A stretch of 64,000 bases of DNA from Antechinus flavipes (GCF_016432865.1 NC_067399.1:216690001-216754000), one strand, 5' to 3'. Numbered from the stretch's first letter, positions 38,591 through 52,209 are shown. The notes: generated by a model from the letters alone, not told the origin. Made by a program: numbers and translations.

Positions 38591-39714
38591 CATTGTCTTT
38601 ATTAAAATCTTGCCCCCAGAGCTGTATACAATACTCTATAACACTCTTATGTGTACTTTGTCTAACTATCATTCTGTTAAACAGAACTCTAATGTCTTAA
38701 TTTGGGAATAATATAGTTAATGAATTATTCATTCTTTCATTCATTAAACAAACATTAAATATTTTAACCATGTAAAAATTCTGTATTAGGCTTTGGGGAA
38801 GACAGAAGAAAATAGATATGATCTTTGCTATTACAAATTTAAGAAAACCTTCTCTTAATTATGACCATCTGACTGGATTTAAGAAAGATGTAGCTCCCAC
38901 TCTTAGGGAAGTTAATCTGTTTAGAATTTATTAAAGTGAAACTTAGGGATAGAGTGAAGACATGTCAAGCTACTCTAGACTCTTTTGTTCTAATCCAGTA
39001 GTTGTCACAGTTCAGGAAGTCCACAGAAGAGAGTAGTCATTTCTGCCAGATCAGCCTACTAATCTGAGTGACTTCTGGAAAAAAAGGTTTACACTGATTT
39101 ATAGATAAGAATACAAAAGAGCTGATGTTCTTTTCAAATGAACTAATTTAGTGTTAGCTTAGCAATAACATATACTTTTGAATACACTAATTCTAAGATA
39201 TTTAGATAAGGAAGAAGACAGCATGAATAATTCCTTTATTACCTATGTTAGAACAAAATACTCAATCTGTGGCTTCATTTCCTCTGCTGCTAAATTCTGG
39301 TTAAAATTACTTTTAAGCCCTCCCCAGACTTAAAATACACTTCCTCCGTACTTCCACATCATGGAGTCCCTTTTTTCTTTAAAGATGTAATTTAAGCAAC
39401 ATTTCCTGCATGAAGCCTTTTCTGATCCCTTCAAGTGCTAGCATTCTCCCTCCCAAAACATTTAGTACTGAACTATTGGGATATATTTACTTTTATTTTA
39501 ATTAACAACTATGCTTTTTGTACTCAGATATGAGAATATGAACATACTCCCTATAAATAGACATTACTACATTCTTATTATTTTTATCCCCATTGCTTAA
39601 CACTATGTTTGAAGCATAGTAGGTACTTTATAAATATGTATGTATTGATTGATTGATAATCCTATGATCCATGATTTTGTCATTCATTCTTACTATTTTT
39701 AACATGTACTGGGA

Positions 39715-39895
39715 TGGAGATTCTTAAATCAGAATCTAACTTAGGTAGATGAATAGATAGATTTATTTAAGTGTAATTGATTTCCTTTGTAATTATATAT
39801 TTTTTATTTTATACACTTAAAAATATCATTCTGAGAAGCCATGGCCTTCAACATCCTGACAAACGTATACCTAACACAATAAAAATTATAAGCTC
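39715..39895 (-). mobile_element. hAT-type MITE, same family as 20460
   Basis: aaaatatcattctgagaagccatggccttcaacatcctgacaaa. Confidence 0.55.
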
Positions 39896-39949
39896 CTTCT
39901 CTTTTTTTTTTTTAATAATTCGTAAAATACAATGTAAATATTTTATAAT

Positions 39950-40291
39950 TGTGATGACCGTGTATTTTAAAATCAGCCGGAGTCAGGAATTCAGGTTAAG
40001 GGAAAATCCTCGATCTTTATTCTTTGTGGAGGTGAAGGGGGATGGTGATAGGAAGTGAGAGCAGTCCCGACAGGAAGCCGGCCAGCAGCCTCTCTGCCTC
40101 TCTCTCTGCCTCTCTCTCTCCACCCACCAAAATCGTCTCTCCATCATTTCCTACACAACACATCAAAACTTGCAGAGAGTGGGCGGGGCCATTCTTTCTC
40201 CAAGCATATATTAATAGAGTATCGTCCAATTGCTATTTAGCCTCACGTGCTTGGGACCTCAGTGTATCAACTGGAGCTTCAGCCCATTACA
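39950..40291 (-). mobile_element. young solo ERV LTR (342 bp)
   Basis: TG...CA termini (minus strand TGTAATGGGC...GTCATCACA); minus-strand AATAAA at 40016-40021; 9 CpGs; GC box; CACGTG at 40244-40249; TSD imperfect in TA-rich flanks. Confidence 0.85.
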
Positions 40292-40479
40292 TATAATAAA
40301 TCAATATAAAAATGCTAATATAAATACAATATAAAATTCCACTACAAAAATTTATAGTATGCCATCATACAATACATACTAAAAATGCTATCACTATGCA
40401 ATGGCTGCACCAAAAAATAGCATCTGTGTTTGAAGAAAACATTTATTTATTTATTAAATTTTTTGGTACTATGTAGATT

Positions 40480-40770
40480 AGGAGAATCTTTGCCTTAATA
40501 GCTACCCAGCCTTAATCACTGAATAGGTATGGCCTTGGACAAACTGAGACCTTTAGCTTCAGAAGGCCAGGATCTCCCATTCCATCCAAGGCCATTTCCA
40601 GTTGTCCTGATCTATATCTTGCTACTTTAATCAGATGGCTTTGGAGGGGAAAATGAGGCAGGTGACTTTACACAGCCCTCTTAGTTCCAGTTCACTTGCA
40701 TATCATGACATCCCCTCCCTGAAGTCATACTCCCTTGGAGAACAAAGGACAATCAGCAATCTCAAGAAAG
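40480..40770 (+). mobile_element. WALLSI-like RTE-tail SINE
   Basis: gatggctttggaggggaaaatgaggcaggtgactttacacagccc...gagaacaaaggacaa. Confidence 0.7.
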
Positions 40771-40779
40771 ATTAGATTA

Positions 40780-41345
40780 GCCCTGGAAGGCTGGACAGAA
40801 TTTCAAAAGTTAGGGAATAGGATGATATCCTTAGGAGTGAGGAATATAGTGAGTAATTTAGGTTTTCTAGAACCAAATGTAGGTAATATGAGGCAAGACT
40901 GAAAAGGGAAAATAATTGTGAAGGACATTGAATGCTCACTTGATAATTCTTGGCTTTACTCATGAGCCAGTGGAGAGTTATTAAAAAGTATTCATATCTG
41001 TACAAAAGAAGGGTTCATCTAGCAAAGGCATACAAGAAGGATTAGAAAGATAGTGGAGATCAAAAGAAGAGTAATGACGTTTTCACTGTTGTCCAGGAAA
41101 AAAAAACAACGGAGGCCAGGTCTGTCATTTAATGGTGGTGGTCTGGATTTTGAAGAGGCAACAGATATGAGACATTGTGGATGGGTCTACAGTCTGTAGG
41201 ATTTCATAAATGATTGGATGTGAGAGATAAATGAAAGAAGAATAAATGATAACTTTGAACAAAAGATGATAGATTTTGAATGAGGGAAGAAACTGGTTAG
41301 TAAATTGTGGTATCTCACATAGAAACACCTAGAAGGAGGAGCAAA
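40780..41345 (-). mobile_element. L2 fragment
   Basis: purine-rich reverse L2 text, e.g. gaagggttcatctagcaaagg and aaatgattggatgtgagag. Confidence 0.6.
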
Positions 41346-41359
41346 TTTTGGGGAGAAAT

Positions 41360-41630
41360 ACTTGGAATTGTAAGGTGATATGGTGGATAGAGGACCAGGA
41401 CTGAAGTCAAGAAGGCTCATCTTCCGGTGTTCAAATATGCCTCCATATATTGATTAGCTATGTGACCCTGGGCAAGCCACTTAACCCTGTTTGCCTCAGT
41501 TTTCTTAACTGCAAAATGAGGTGGAAAAGAAACTGGCAAACCACTCACAGTATCTAACTCCAAATGAAAACTCAGATATACCTGAAAAGACTGAATGGCA
41601 ATAACAAAATTTGGAACTGTGTTCTATTAA
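41360..41630 (+). mobile_element. MAR1-type SINE
   Basis: gtgaccctgggcaagccacttaaccctgtttgcctcagtttt...aaactggcaaaccactc...gactgaatggcaataacaaa. Confidence 0.85.
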
Positions 41631-43109
41631 TTATTCTATTGGTACATTCAAAGGTAGTTGGGAGGCTCAGCTTCATCATTAATCCTGAAATCAAAATATT
41701 CTACCATGAATAAGTAAAGGATATGTTTGAGGTTTCAAAAAAAAAAAAAGAAAAAAGAAAATTCAGCATTTTATACTGGGTAATTCTACTTGCAATATAC
41801 CTAAGGGATTCTAATAAGAAAAATGTGTTTGCCAAACTTTATTCATTAAAAAATTACAACCTATATTCTTGACCTTCAAGGACTTATTCTAAAATCATAT
41901 AGCTTTTCCTAAACAGCTGAATTATTTAGTGAGATTGAACTGTGGGAGACTTTTTTAAAAATCCACTAAACTACCAGGAGAGCTTGAGCTCTGCAGCTGT
42001 TTAGACCTTAATCTGCATTTTTTATTTGAGCAAAACCAACTCTTGCAACTGAGAAATAGCCCAGAAAACTTCTACTTTGCATATCAAAACCAAAAAAGTA
42101 GTCTAGCCATTGTTATGAAGATGATAAGGAGTGACCTATTCTGCATAGATATGGTCAGAATAACTGATGTTCTCTCTGAGCCTTTTTCTATGACTTCTTT
42201 CTAAAATGTATCTTTTGTCCATATTTGGTTATATTCATATAAATGGCCTCTTGGTATGATCTAAGGAAATAGTAAGTCCATGTAGCAAGAAGACTACAAA
42301 TAAATAAGCCAGCAAGTTTTAGTAGTCAGTCCAACTGGAAATTTTAGGAGCTGATTCATGCATGGCCCTATTATATTAATACATTGAAAATTTATATTCC
42401 TTCAAATGGAGAATTCTATCTCCACAAATGTGCTGCTATAAAACTTTGCTGTAGTGTTGAGGTGGCTCTAGATTCTTGATGAATATACCATTGGAGGGCA
42501 AACTCTAAATTGAAAAGGATTCAAATATGGCCCCAACGATGAACTGTCATCTTTGAATCAGGCTAACTAAATTTGGAGAGCACCTTCCCCAGAATATTGG
42601 TTACAAACTCTTTAGCTTTTTTCAGGCACAACTCACAAAGACTCTCTAGTAAGGAATGGAGAGTTTGTCAAAATAAAGAAACTTATATTTCAAAGGATCT
42701 CACAGCTACAGTGGAAGGGACCTTAGAGGCCATCAGGTTTAAACAATACTTGAGTAAGGATACCTTCTCCAATATATTCCAAACTATCCATCCATCTTTC
42801 AGCTAAACAACTCTATTGAAAAAGAATCGATTTAGACAGTGCATTTTATTTTTAGCAGCTCTAATCATCAGAAAATAAATTTTTCTTTATGTCAAATCTA
42901 AATTTATCTCAGGCAACTTCCATTCATTTATTCTTGTTCTGCTTTCTGGTACCAGGTAAATCAAATACAATCCCTTTTTCTATAAGATAGTCTTTCACTA
43001 CTCAAAGGCAGATATGATACCCCTTCTTTGAATCTTTTGTTTTTTAGGACTTAAAGTACAATATGAATGCTAATTCTGCTTCTCATTCATCCTCATCTTT
43101 ATCTTCCTA

Positions 43110-43160
43110 CTTCTATTACTATTACCACTGCTACTACTATTACTTCTACTACTAATACTG
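43110..43160 (+). repeat. (CTA/TTA)n repeat
   Basis: direct reading. Confidence 0.75.
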
Positions 43161-43526
43161 AATATTGACATTCTCTCCCATTCTTACTAAGCTAAATGAT
43201 CTTTATTTTAAGAATGATGTTCCTAAAATGTAATAGAATAGTAACAATTTGGAATGGAAAAGAAAGGATGATGTGAGAATTATTATGAATATATCATTAA
43301 TGAGACCTGTGACTGAATAGATCTATAAGTCATTCAAAAAGAAGAATAAAATATTTTTTCCAAAGTGACAACTGTTAGGAAGAATAGAAATCCCATTAAC
43401 AAGAATATAAATAGGGAGAAATAGAGGAAGGGTTTATCATGATTAAAATTTGGTTTGGGATTCAATAATAATGAGTTCAGATTTAGCCAAAAATGAGTGA
43501 TGTACTGCTTTAAATCTGAGGGAAGA

Positions 43527-43669
43527 GGGGTAGCTACGTGGTGCAGTGAATAGAGTACCAGTCCTGAAGTCAGGAGGACCTGAGTTCAAATGTGGTCTCA
43601 GACACTTAACACTTAGCTGTGTGACCCTGGGCAAATCACTTAACCCCAATTGCCTCGGGGGAAAAAAAA
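43527..43669 (+). mobile_element. WSINE1-like SINE with 17-bp TSD
   Basis: near-consensus SINE body; aaatctgaggg(a/c)agagg at 43512-43528 and 43670-43686 (one mismatch). Confidence 0.9.
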
Positions 43670-44155
43670 AAATCTGAGGGCAGAGGTTCAGTCTTTTCCC
43701 AGGGAATGTGGGAAATGCCTAATACATATTTAGGTGGTATCCATTGCCTGAAAATATGGATGTGGGTGACATCTGCTTAAATGATACACTAAGTGGTAAG
43801 AGTAGATAATATTTCCAGAAGAAAGTAAAGAAGAAAGTAAATGCAAAATCATTAACACCTACAATTAGAGAGGAGGAAAATAAACCTTTATAGAATAAAA
43901 TAAAAAGATAGTCAAGAGAAAATAACATCATAGATGTCAAAGGGAGAGAGACATTAAAGAGAGGCTAGTTAATTTGAAAATGTTGCAATAAGGTCAAGGA
44001 AGATGAAAATTTAGAGAGCACTGAATGGAATTTTTGTTGTATGGTAGGGCTTTGCTGCTAAGTATTCATAGCATTTTTGTACTATTTTAGGAAGAGCTTA
44101 AGAAATTAATTAAGTCATCAAATACAATTTTCTTTTAAGAAGTCTGAAATGTTAG

Positions 44156-44189
<34 letters not shown>

Positions 44190-44899
44190 TAGAGACTGAT
44201 AGTGATAGAAAAAGAGAGAGACAGAAGATGAAAAATTTATGATAGTTCAGGAAAATAAAAATTTGAGGGTTTATTTTTTGCTTTATAACATGTTAGATGT
44301 GAAAGTAGTTTTGAGGTGATAGAGAGTGAGCAACTTATGATGCAACAGGGGGAAAGAGTGGGTAATTGCTAGGAATTATCTCTAATCTTATAACAATCCC
44401 ATAAGATAGATAATATAAATATCCCCATTTTAATAGCAAGTTGTTAATTTCAATGCAGCTGGAATCCAGCTAGTTATCTAATTCTAAGCTTATTTTTTGT
44501 TTGTTTTAGTTTTTTTCATTCTTGTATCAGTGGAATCAATATTTCCACTAATGAAAAAAAATTCATTTTGTGAATGAATATTTTGAATATCTTTTTGATA
44601 CAGATTTACCCATCCTTGTGTAACAACCTTTCATCTGTCTAAACTCTTAACTGTTGGTATCTCCCAAAACAATTTTTATTGTTTTAAGGTTTGTTATTTT
44701 TCTTTATTCAGAGATAAGAGGTCTTACTATAAAGATCTATGTACAGACCACATATTTATTAGTAGAAGACTAGTCTAGCTAAATTCTGTTTTATCATTAG
44801 GTTAGCTATGTGATAGTCAAAGATTGTCTCCCAAGTCTTGAAAAGGAAGAAATCTGTGACAAGAGAGAGCATACCCATCTATGGTCTTTGCTTTTTTCT

Positions 44900-47160
44900 T
44901 ACTCTTTTTGATATTTTCAATAGTTGACAATATTCAGAAGCTTCACCATCTGGAGAGTCTTCCCCTCTGGATTTTCCTGAGCTTATTTACTCCTAGCTCT
45001 ATTACCTGGTTGACTGGTTCTTCTTAACTGTATCATTATTCATATCTATGTTTGAATATACCACAAGACTCAGGCCAGAGCTCCCATGATTTTTCTCTAT
45101 TCTTTGTCACTTGGTGACTTCAACTGCTCCTTTCATTTTAATTATATCTCCAATCCCATAAATCATAGAGCTATATATACAACCCTAGATTCTCCTGAAC
45201 TCATCTAGCATCATTAATTTCCTATTGATGATATCAAACTGTATGACTCAGCTAATTTAAGCTGTATGTATCCAAAAGATAGTTATTATACTCCCTTATC
45301 CCCATGAAAAATACCTTTCTTTCTAAATGCCCCTATTTCTGCTTAAAAAGCACAATTATCTTTGTATTTGCTTAGATATGTGACACAGATGTCATTCTCA
45401 ATTCCTCACTCTTAAGCCACATACCAAATAACTTGCCAATTCTTGTTATATGTACCCTCACAATATTTCTTTTAAAATTTTTTTATTAAAGCTTTTTAAT
45501 TTTCAAAAGATTTGCATGTTTTCCAATTTTCCCCTCTTTTCCCTACTACTTCCCCTAGGTAGCAAGTAATCCAATATATGTTAAACATGGTAAAATATAT
45601 ATTGTCCAATATATGCATACATATTTATACAATTATATTACTACATAAGAAAAATCAAATAAAAAAGGAAAAAAAAATAAGAAAGAAAATAAAACGCAAA
45701 CAACAACAAAAAGAATGAAAATGCTATGTTGTGATTCACACAGTTCCCACAGTTCTCTCTCTGGGGTGTAGATGCCTCTTTGGATCACAAATCATTGGAA
45801 CTTCTCCGAATCATTTCATTATTGAGGAAAGCCATGTCCATCAAAATTGATCATTGTATAATCTTGTTGTTACCATGTTCAATGATCTCCTGGTTCTGCT
45901 CACATCACTCAGTATCAGCTCATGTAAGTCCAGGTTTTTCTCAATTCTGCCTGTTCATCATTTCTTACAGAACAATAATATTCCATAACATTCACGTACC
46001 ATAACTTACTCAGCCATTCTCCCACTGATGGGCATCCACTCAGTTTCCAGTTTCTGGCCACTACAAAAAGGGCTGCCACAAACATTTTTACATATGACTC
46101 ACAATTTTTCTTGAATAGGCTCTCTTCTCTGCTTTTATAAATACTATCATTTTACTTCAGATCTCATCACCTCTTGCCTGGGTTGATATTTTTTCTTATT
46201 GTTCTCCCTGCCTCAAGTCTCTCTCCTCAATTATCAAAGTGATTTTCCAATAGTGGAACTTTGACCATCCCCACCATACCCATCTATTTCTACCCTCTCA
46301 CATGCTTACAGCCATTCACAAACTCCAGTGATTTGTCATCTTTAGAAGTAAATATAAATTTCTTTGTTTGATATTTAAACTCTTTGTAAACTTATCCAAT
46401 CCTTGCAACCTTATCATACATCATTCCTTCTAGTATACTAGGCAAAACTGCCCTAGCTGTTACTCAGAAATGGCAATCCATTTCCAATCTCTGCTCCTTT
46501 GAATGGTCTCTTATATGTTTTTTTTTTCTTACCCTGAATATTAACTCCTTATTCATATCCACTTCTGGGAACCCCTGATATTTCAAAAAACTGAGAACTA
46601 GTTTCTCCTTTGGCAGGTGGCCTTTTCTAGACTTCTTTCCCAATTCATAGCCTTTCATTATAATATTCTTTGCTCAACATTTTTAGTTCTTCACCATTAG
46701 CTGAGCTATTTCAGGTCTTCTGTCATTCAAATCTCTTTGCAACCTGACTGAGTCTACCTTACTTAACCACAGTTATTTCTACTCCCAAATAAATTCACAT
46801 TTCATTTTTTTCATTGCCTGCAGGTATGCCACCTGAAATATTCTAGAATTATTCTGTCTAATGAAAATCCAGTGTCTCTTTATGGTCAAGGTCAAGTTCC
46901 ACTTGATCTGTGTAAAACCTCCCTTTATTACCAGAGATTTTGGTGACCTGTCTCTTCTCTAAATGCCTATTATTGAGGTTGTATCATATGGTATGGTTAG
47001 ACTTAGATTCTCCTTTATTATGCCCTCAAATTATTCCATATATTAGTCATAACTCTCCAAAGAGTTTCTGAGATCCATGGTAGCAGAGTCCATATCTTTT
47101 GTTTTTTTTATTTCTCATGTAGGCTAGGCACATAGTAGATGCTATTCATTGAATTTATTT
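44900..47160 (+). mobile_element. L2 relic split by an L1 insertion
   Basis: pyrimidine-rich L2 text on both sides of the L1, ending in ggctaggcacatagtagatgctattcattgaatt. Confidence 0.65.
45470..46095 (-). mobile_element. L1 3' end
   Basis: ttttattaaagcttttt...cccctaggtagcaagtaatccaatatatgttaaac...gatgggcatccactcagtttccagtttctggccactacaaaaagggctgcc. Confidence 0.9.
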
Positions 47161-47999
47161 GAGGATTTTATTCTATTGTTTGTGGTTTTCTTTAATTGTA
47201 TTCACTAACAGTCTTTTATTGTTTTTTTTTAATTTCTGCCAGTTTTACATTCAATCCTCAGCAACAAATAGATTTCAAATTATTGATCTGAAAATTTCCT
47301 AAACAGTAAAATGAGAGGGTTAGAATGGATACTGACTTCCATTTCTATATCTAGGATATTGATGCTAAATGTATAAATAATGTGATAAGAAAAACTATCA
47401 TGCAAGAGATGGAAACAGAGAATTTTGGTCTTACAGGACAGTCCCTATGTATGAAGTATATGTAATATTTGTAGTTTATTATTTTTATAGGTAAAGATAG
47501 ACAAAATCTCTCTCAGGAGAAGGAATCAGTTACAGATAGAAATTGAAGTTTCCAAAGGAGAAATAAATATTGAAGCAAATTTTCCTAGAAGCTAGGAAAT
47601 AAAATAAGATCTAGATTACAGATAATCATACATATGTGTATAATGTTATTTTTGTCTAATTCTTATTTTAATTCTTGTTTTTGGAAAGTTCTTCTTTCTT
47701 CAAAAATAGTAAATCATTGGTACAATTTTAGCTTGACTGTAGTCTGGGAAATTTTGTTTTTTAGCTCCCCTAGAATGTTAAGTCTCAGGTTTGGGCATCA
47801 TGTATCAATGGCCTCAAAGACCTGTGAGCAGGGCATTCAATAAAGTTAATTGATTACCACAATTTTAAATACCAGATACTCTCACAAGAAAAACCTAAGC
47901 GATATTTTTCATTCTGTGCATACTAGAGAAAGGAGTATTTTCCCTCCCTCCTTCTCAACCAATGGAATAATATGATAACCTCCAAACATAATGCCTTTA

Positions 48000-48790
48000 A
48001 GAAGTGTGAATGCATTTAATTTTCTGTAAGATGACAGCTCCAGAAACATCATTCACTGCATCAGAACAGAAAGGATTTCTTTTATTTATTCCTCATAGAG
48101 ATGAATTTCCAGCCTTTTGAATTTCAGTGCCGCTGAGACTCCTTTCAACCTTTAGCCTCTCTTCCCAGCCTCTCTCATGGTTCAGGATTTACAATATCTA
48201 CCTCCCACAACTTTCTGAGGCTAAAAGGGACATGAGGTCACTCGTCTAACTTACACCCTGGGCAATCCCTGAGTCCAAAATTGTATGAGAAAACCGGATA
48301 GAGGTCAGGAAGAGCAAAACTTCATAGAACCATCAAAATAGAAATGTGAAATATCTACTAAGGAGTCAAGCCCATCACTAGTGTCCCTAGGGGGAAAATG
48401 TGCTACTTCCTCAATGTTGCTTAGTATAGTTATAAATGTCTCAGACAAAGCTATCTCTGTATGAACTGTGCTGCCAATCATGCTGCCAATCTCTGTAGCT
48501 CTTTGGTGTGAGATTGTCTAGCAGAGCCACCTGCAGATCTTCCATTGAAACTCTGCCACCAATACAGCTCCAATTTTGCAGACTCTCTCCTCTTAATGTC
48601 TATGAATTTCACAAGATGATTTTTAGGAAGCTGAACAGATACAGGACTTGCTGTGCATCCTGGGCATAAGATAAAAGAAAATATTACCTAATCTTGCATT
48701 CACCTGTAAAGATTTTTTTTTTTTAAATAAAGTACTTCATGGGATGGCCAACAAGGTGTCGCCAGATTTATAAATAAACTGTTAACTTTT
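48000..48790. promoter_or_regulatory. unique, relatively GC-rich block, candidate noncoding element
   Basis: no repeat recognised; four CpGs; tandem tgctgccaatc twice at ~48469-48491. Confidence 0.25.
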
Positions 48791-49857
48791 TTTTTTTAAT
48801 TGAATCATGTTTTAGGGAAATTATTAAGGAAATTACTTAGGCAAATTATTTTTTCCCTTTTTATATAGCATAAATTTCATTTTTATTCAAATTATCACCC
48901 TACTTTAAAAAGTTTTTTTTTATTAATTTTCTGTTCAGAATGAGAGCTATCAGTCCAAGAAGAACTGAAAAATTATAATAAGAATATTTCTCCAAAGGAA
49001 GCAAAAGGCAGAATCTTTATAATGGATTGACATACTCTATGATATGTGATAAGTTTTAGATTTTATTCATATTTACCTCCTTTCTTTACAATTTGTACCT
49101 TTAATGAAATGGAATTTAATCTCTCATAGCTACAATGCCTAGAAGGTTTCATAATATTTTTCACATATTTTATTTTTTGAGATAGATATGAAGCAAAGGT
49201 TCTTAGCAAGATTAGAGTTCTTCCAAATTAGAACAGACTATTAGTCCTCCCCCCCCCCCCCCCATCACTAGAAATTTTCAAGTAGAAACTTAATGATCCC
49301 ATGGTGGGTATATTTAAATTAAATTATTATGTCTGTATCAGAAGGGGGTCTGTTCAAGCATTTAGGTTGCCCTGCAAAGCCTTCACTCCTTTTGAACGTC
49401 TATGATTTGATTTGGGGGAGGGGGAAGATAAAAAAAACAAAATCCAAATTATTGCTTAAAAAATTAATCTTACTTCATTCCTATGTCCCCATGAGTGACT
49501 TGATTGTTATTTCTGTTTCCTTATGATGTCAGTCCAAGTCATAAAGAAACTAAATTATTGGGTAAGTGAATTACTTTATTTTCCTTTCATAACTACTTTA
49601 ATTTAGAGGAAGAATTTTTTTGGAAAATTAACTTATTCTAACCTTAAGTTAAGCAACTTTCTCTCCTTTACTCAATATACTTTTATTTATATTATTTCTG
49701 TTTTTATGATTCATTCCCTTTAGCTATTTGCAAACAGTTATTTGCAGAAAGGCTCACCCCTGGATAGGATTATTCATGCTATAAAGTTTTAGTTCTTTCA
49801 ATACCCTTCTTAAATTAATCCCTTCTGTCCCTGGGGCCACATTTACATTGGTATTTC

Positions 49858-50460
49858 TATAACACAGCATTTTTATTGCACAATTCCTGGTGCTTTAATG
49901 GTCTGTATTGTTTCAGGAGTGTCTAAAAATAGGGCCCAGAGATAACTATCACAGGACAGGTATCTGGGGCCAGAGAAATGGTCAGATTGTAGACATAGCC
50001 CTCAATCCTTAATGAATTCTCTGTGCTTTTGTCTTTGAATTTGGTATTTTCTCCTCTCCTTTGTTAGGACAATTGTGATCTAGAAAAATAAATGCTCTTG
50101 CCTAGTCTTTGCCTGTTTACATCTATGAAACAGAAAAATAAAATCTGTATTTTTTAATAAAAGTTGTGTATAATACAGCATTTTTATCACATAATTCCTG
50201 GTATGTTAGTAATATCTATTGTTTCAAGGGTGCTTAAAAGAAGACCATGGAATAATTTTCAATTGCAGAGAAAATATCTTGAAAGAATTGGTCAGATTTC
50301 AGACATATCTGTCCATCTCCAAAGAGTTCTATTTGTTTTTGTCTTTGAAGATGGAAGGTCCACTCTCTCCTTCTTTGGTTAGGGATAGTAGCATCTGGGA
50401 CTGGTCTAAAATTAAATGTTTGTCTGTACTTTGCCTACAGTCTGTCAATAAAAGTGAGGG
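49858..50460 (+). repeat. diverged two-copy tandem duplication, period 311 bp
   Basis: units start at 49858 (tataacacagcatttttat) and 50169 (tataatacagcatttttat), with colinear matching blocks throughout. Confidence 0.8.
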
Positions 50461-51671
50461 AAAAATATTAGATTTATGAAATAAATATATCAGCATGAGT
50501 TACCATTTTAGAAGAGGATTCACCACAGGATACCTAATGAGATCACTAACACATTTTAAAAGATTTGATTTACCAAATTTGATTTGCATGCACTTTTATT
50601 TTAAGAAATAACTGAAACAAATTTGACATAACACAAACATCTTTTTAAAGAATGATTCACTTCAAGTCACATGTCTGTGCATTTGAGAGGTGAGAATAGG
50701 AAACGTATTTCTGGAAAGGAAAGGTAGAGATAATATAGTGTCTGACAGCAAGTTTGAGTAATCTAATCTGTAGAACTCATTTAATTGTATTCACATCAAG
50801 CCATAGCATCACCAGATTCTTTTCTCAGTGCCTGTTTTCTGATGTTGATTTAAATTTTACTCCATTTCATCCCAGACTTGATTCTTATTTATTGCCATAG
50901 CAGTCTCATATGTTTCCTTTTGGGGTCTTAAGTTGTATGTCATCCTATTTTTAGCATCAGTACCTTTCTTACTCATTAAAAGAATTAGACTCAAAAATAT
51001 GGTTTATTAGTTTCATTTATTCTTATGACTTCCAGTGAGGTCATAGTTATCCATGATGTTTTTTGTTTTTGTTTTTTTGGGGAATTTTTTGTGATAGGAT
51101 TTCCCCTGCCACTTCATCTATGATGTAAGAATAGCTACCCTTAACTTTTGAACAATGTTTTCTCTGGAGACAAACTCTCCTTTTTTTCTCCCTCTGTACT
51201 TTGTTAGGGAAATAATGAAATTTCTTACACGTCTCCCTTACCTTGTGATAGAATGAAAATTTCAATGAACTTATCAGAATCCAATAAATAACATGTTTTT
51301 GCATGAGAATTCACAAAAAGTTAAGTAGAAAAGGAACCTCACTGTATTTCTTCCATTCCTCAAACTTGGTTGACTTAGCTTGGTTGACCTTTTATTCTTC
51401 TCTACAGTTTATTTCCAATATAGTATTCCAGAGAAAGCCCTTAGACTCAACAAGTAGCAGCAGATATGTTTGAAGAGTTTGGCCAATTCAGTGTACTAAG
51501 TCTTTATCTATATTGTAGGTACCCCCTTCCCAAATAAATTATGGAACAGTTTGTTGCTTATAGAACAATCATCATGAGTCAAAACCAATTAGCTCCACCT
51601 ACTTTGTCTTGCTTTCATAAGCCATAGACAAACTTCCTATGTCCTCCTGAAGTGGAAAACACTTGAATTGA

Positions 51672-52209
51672 TGTGGGAAAGATTCCTATCTTTGATTCCC
51701 AACCCTTCCTCCCCCCCAGTTAATGTAATTACCCTTTAACTCACAAATCCTGGTTCATTTGTATTCCAATAGAAGATCTGGACCTGTCCCAGCCCCACCC
51801 AGATCTGAGCCAACTTTGGGGCTATACCCAAAAGCCCTTCAAACTAAATCTCCCATTATAAAAGGGACATGCTGGGACCCCCTCTTTGCAGAGGTCCCAA
51901 ACATGTTAGCCATATGAGGACCCTCTGTCCACTGGAGCTTCTGTCCGGTGCCCTCCTTATCTCTACTTTCACCTATCTCCTTACTTCCAAACCCAATAAT
52001 AAACCTCTTTTATCAATCTAGCTTTTGGGCCAATAAATGCTTTTATTGGGGACTCTAGCTGCTACTAGACTTTATTTACCGCCATACTCTTGCGCTGAAA
52101 CCAATGGGATTGCAGGGGAGCTTTGCTTGACTCTCTGTATCCTAAACCTGCCACTAGACCTCAACTAAAGCCTAATTTCATTTAGGTACCCCAAATCTAG
52201 ACCTCATCA
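51672..52209 (+). mobile_element. solo ERV LTR (~538 bp)
   Basis: tgtgggaaag...cctcatca termini; TATAAAA at 51857-51863; AATAAA at 51998-52003 and 52032-52037; GC-richer than flanks; TSD not clean. Confidence 0.75.

Noticed and set aside
40017-40296. Cluster of overlapping short ORFs
   Set aside because: All lie within the GC-richer solo LTR, where stop codons are rarer; no gag/pol/env similarity.
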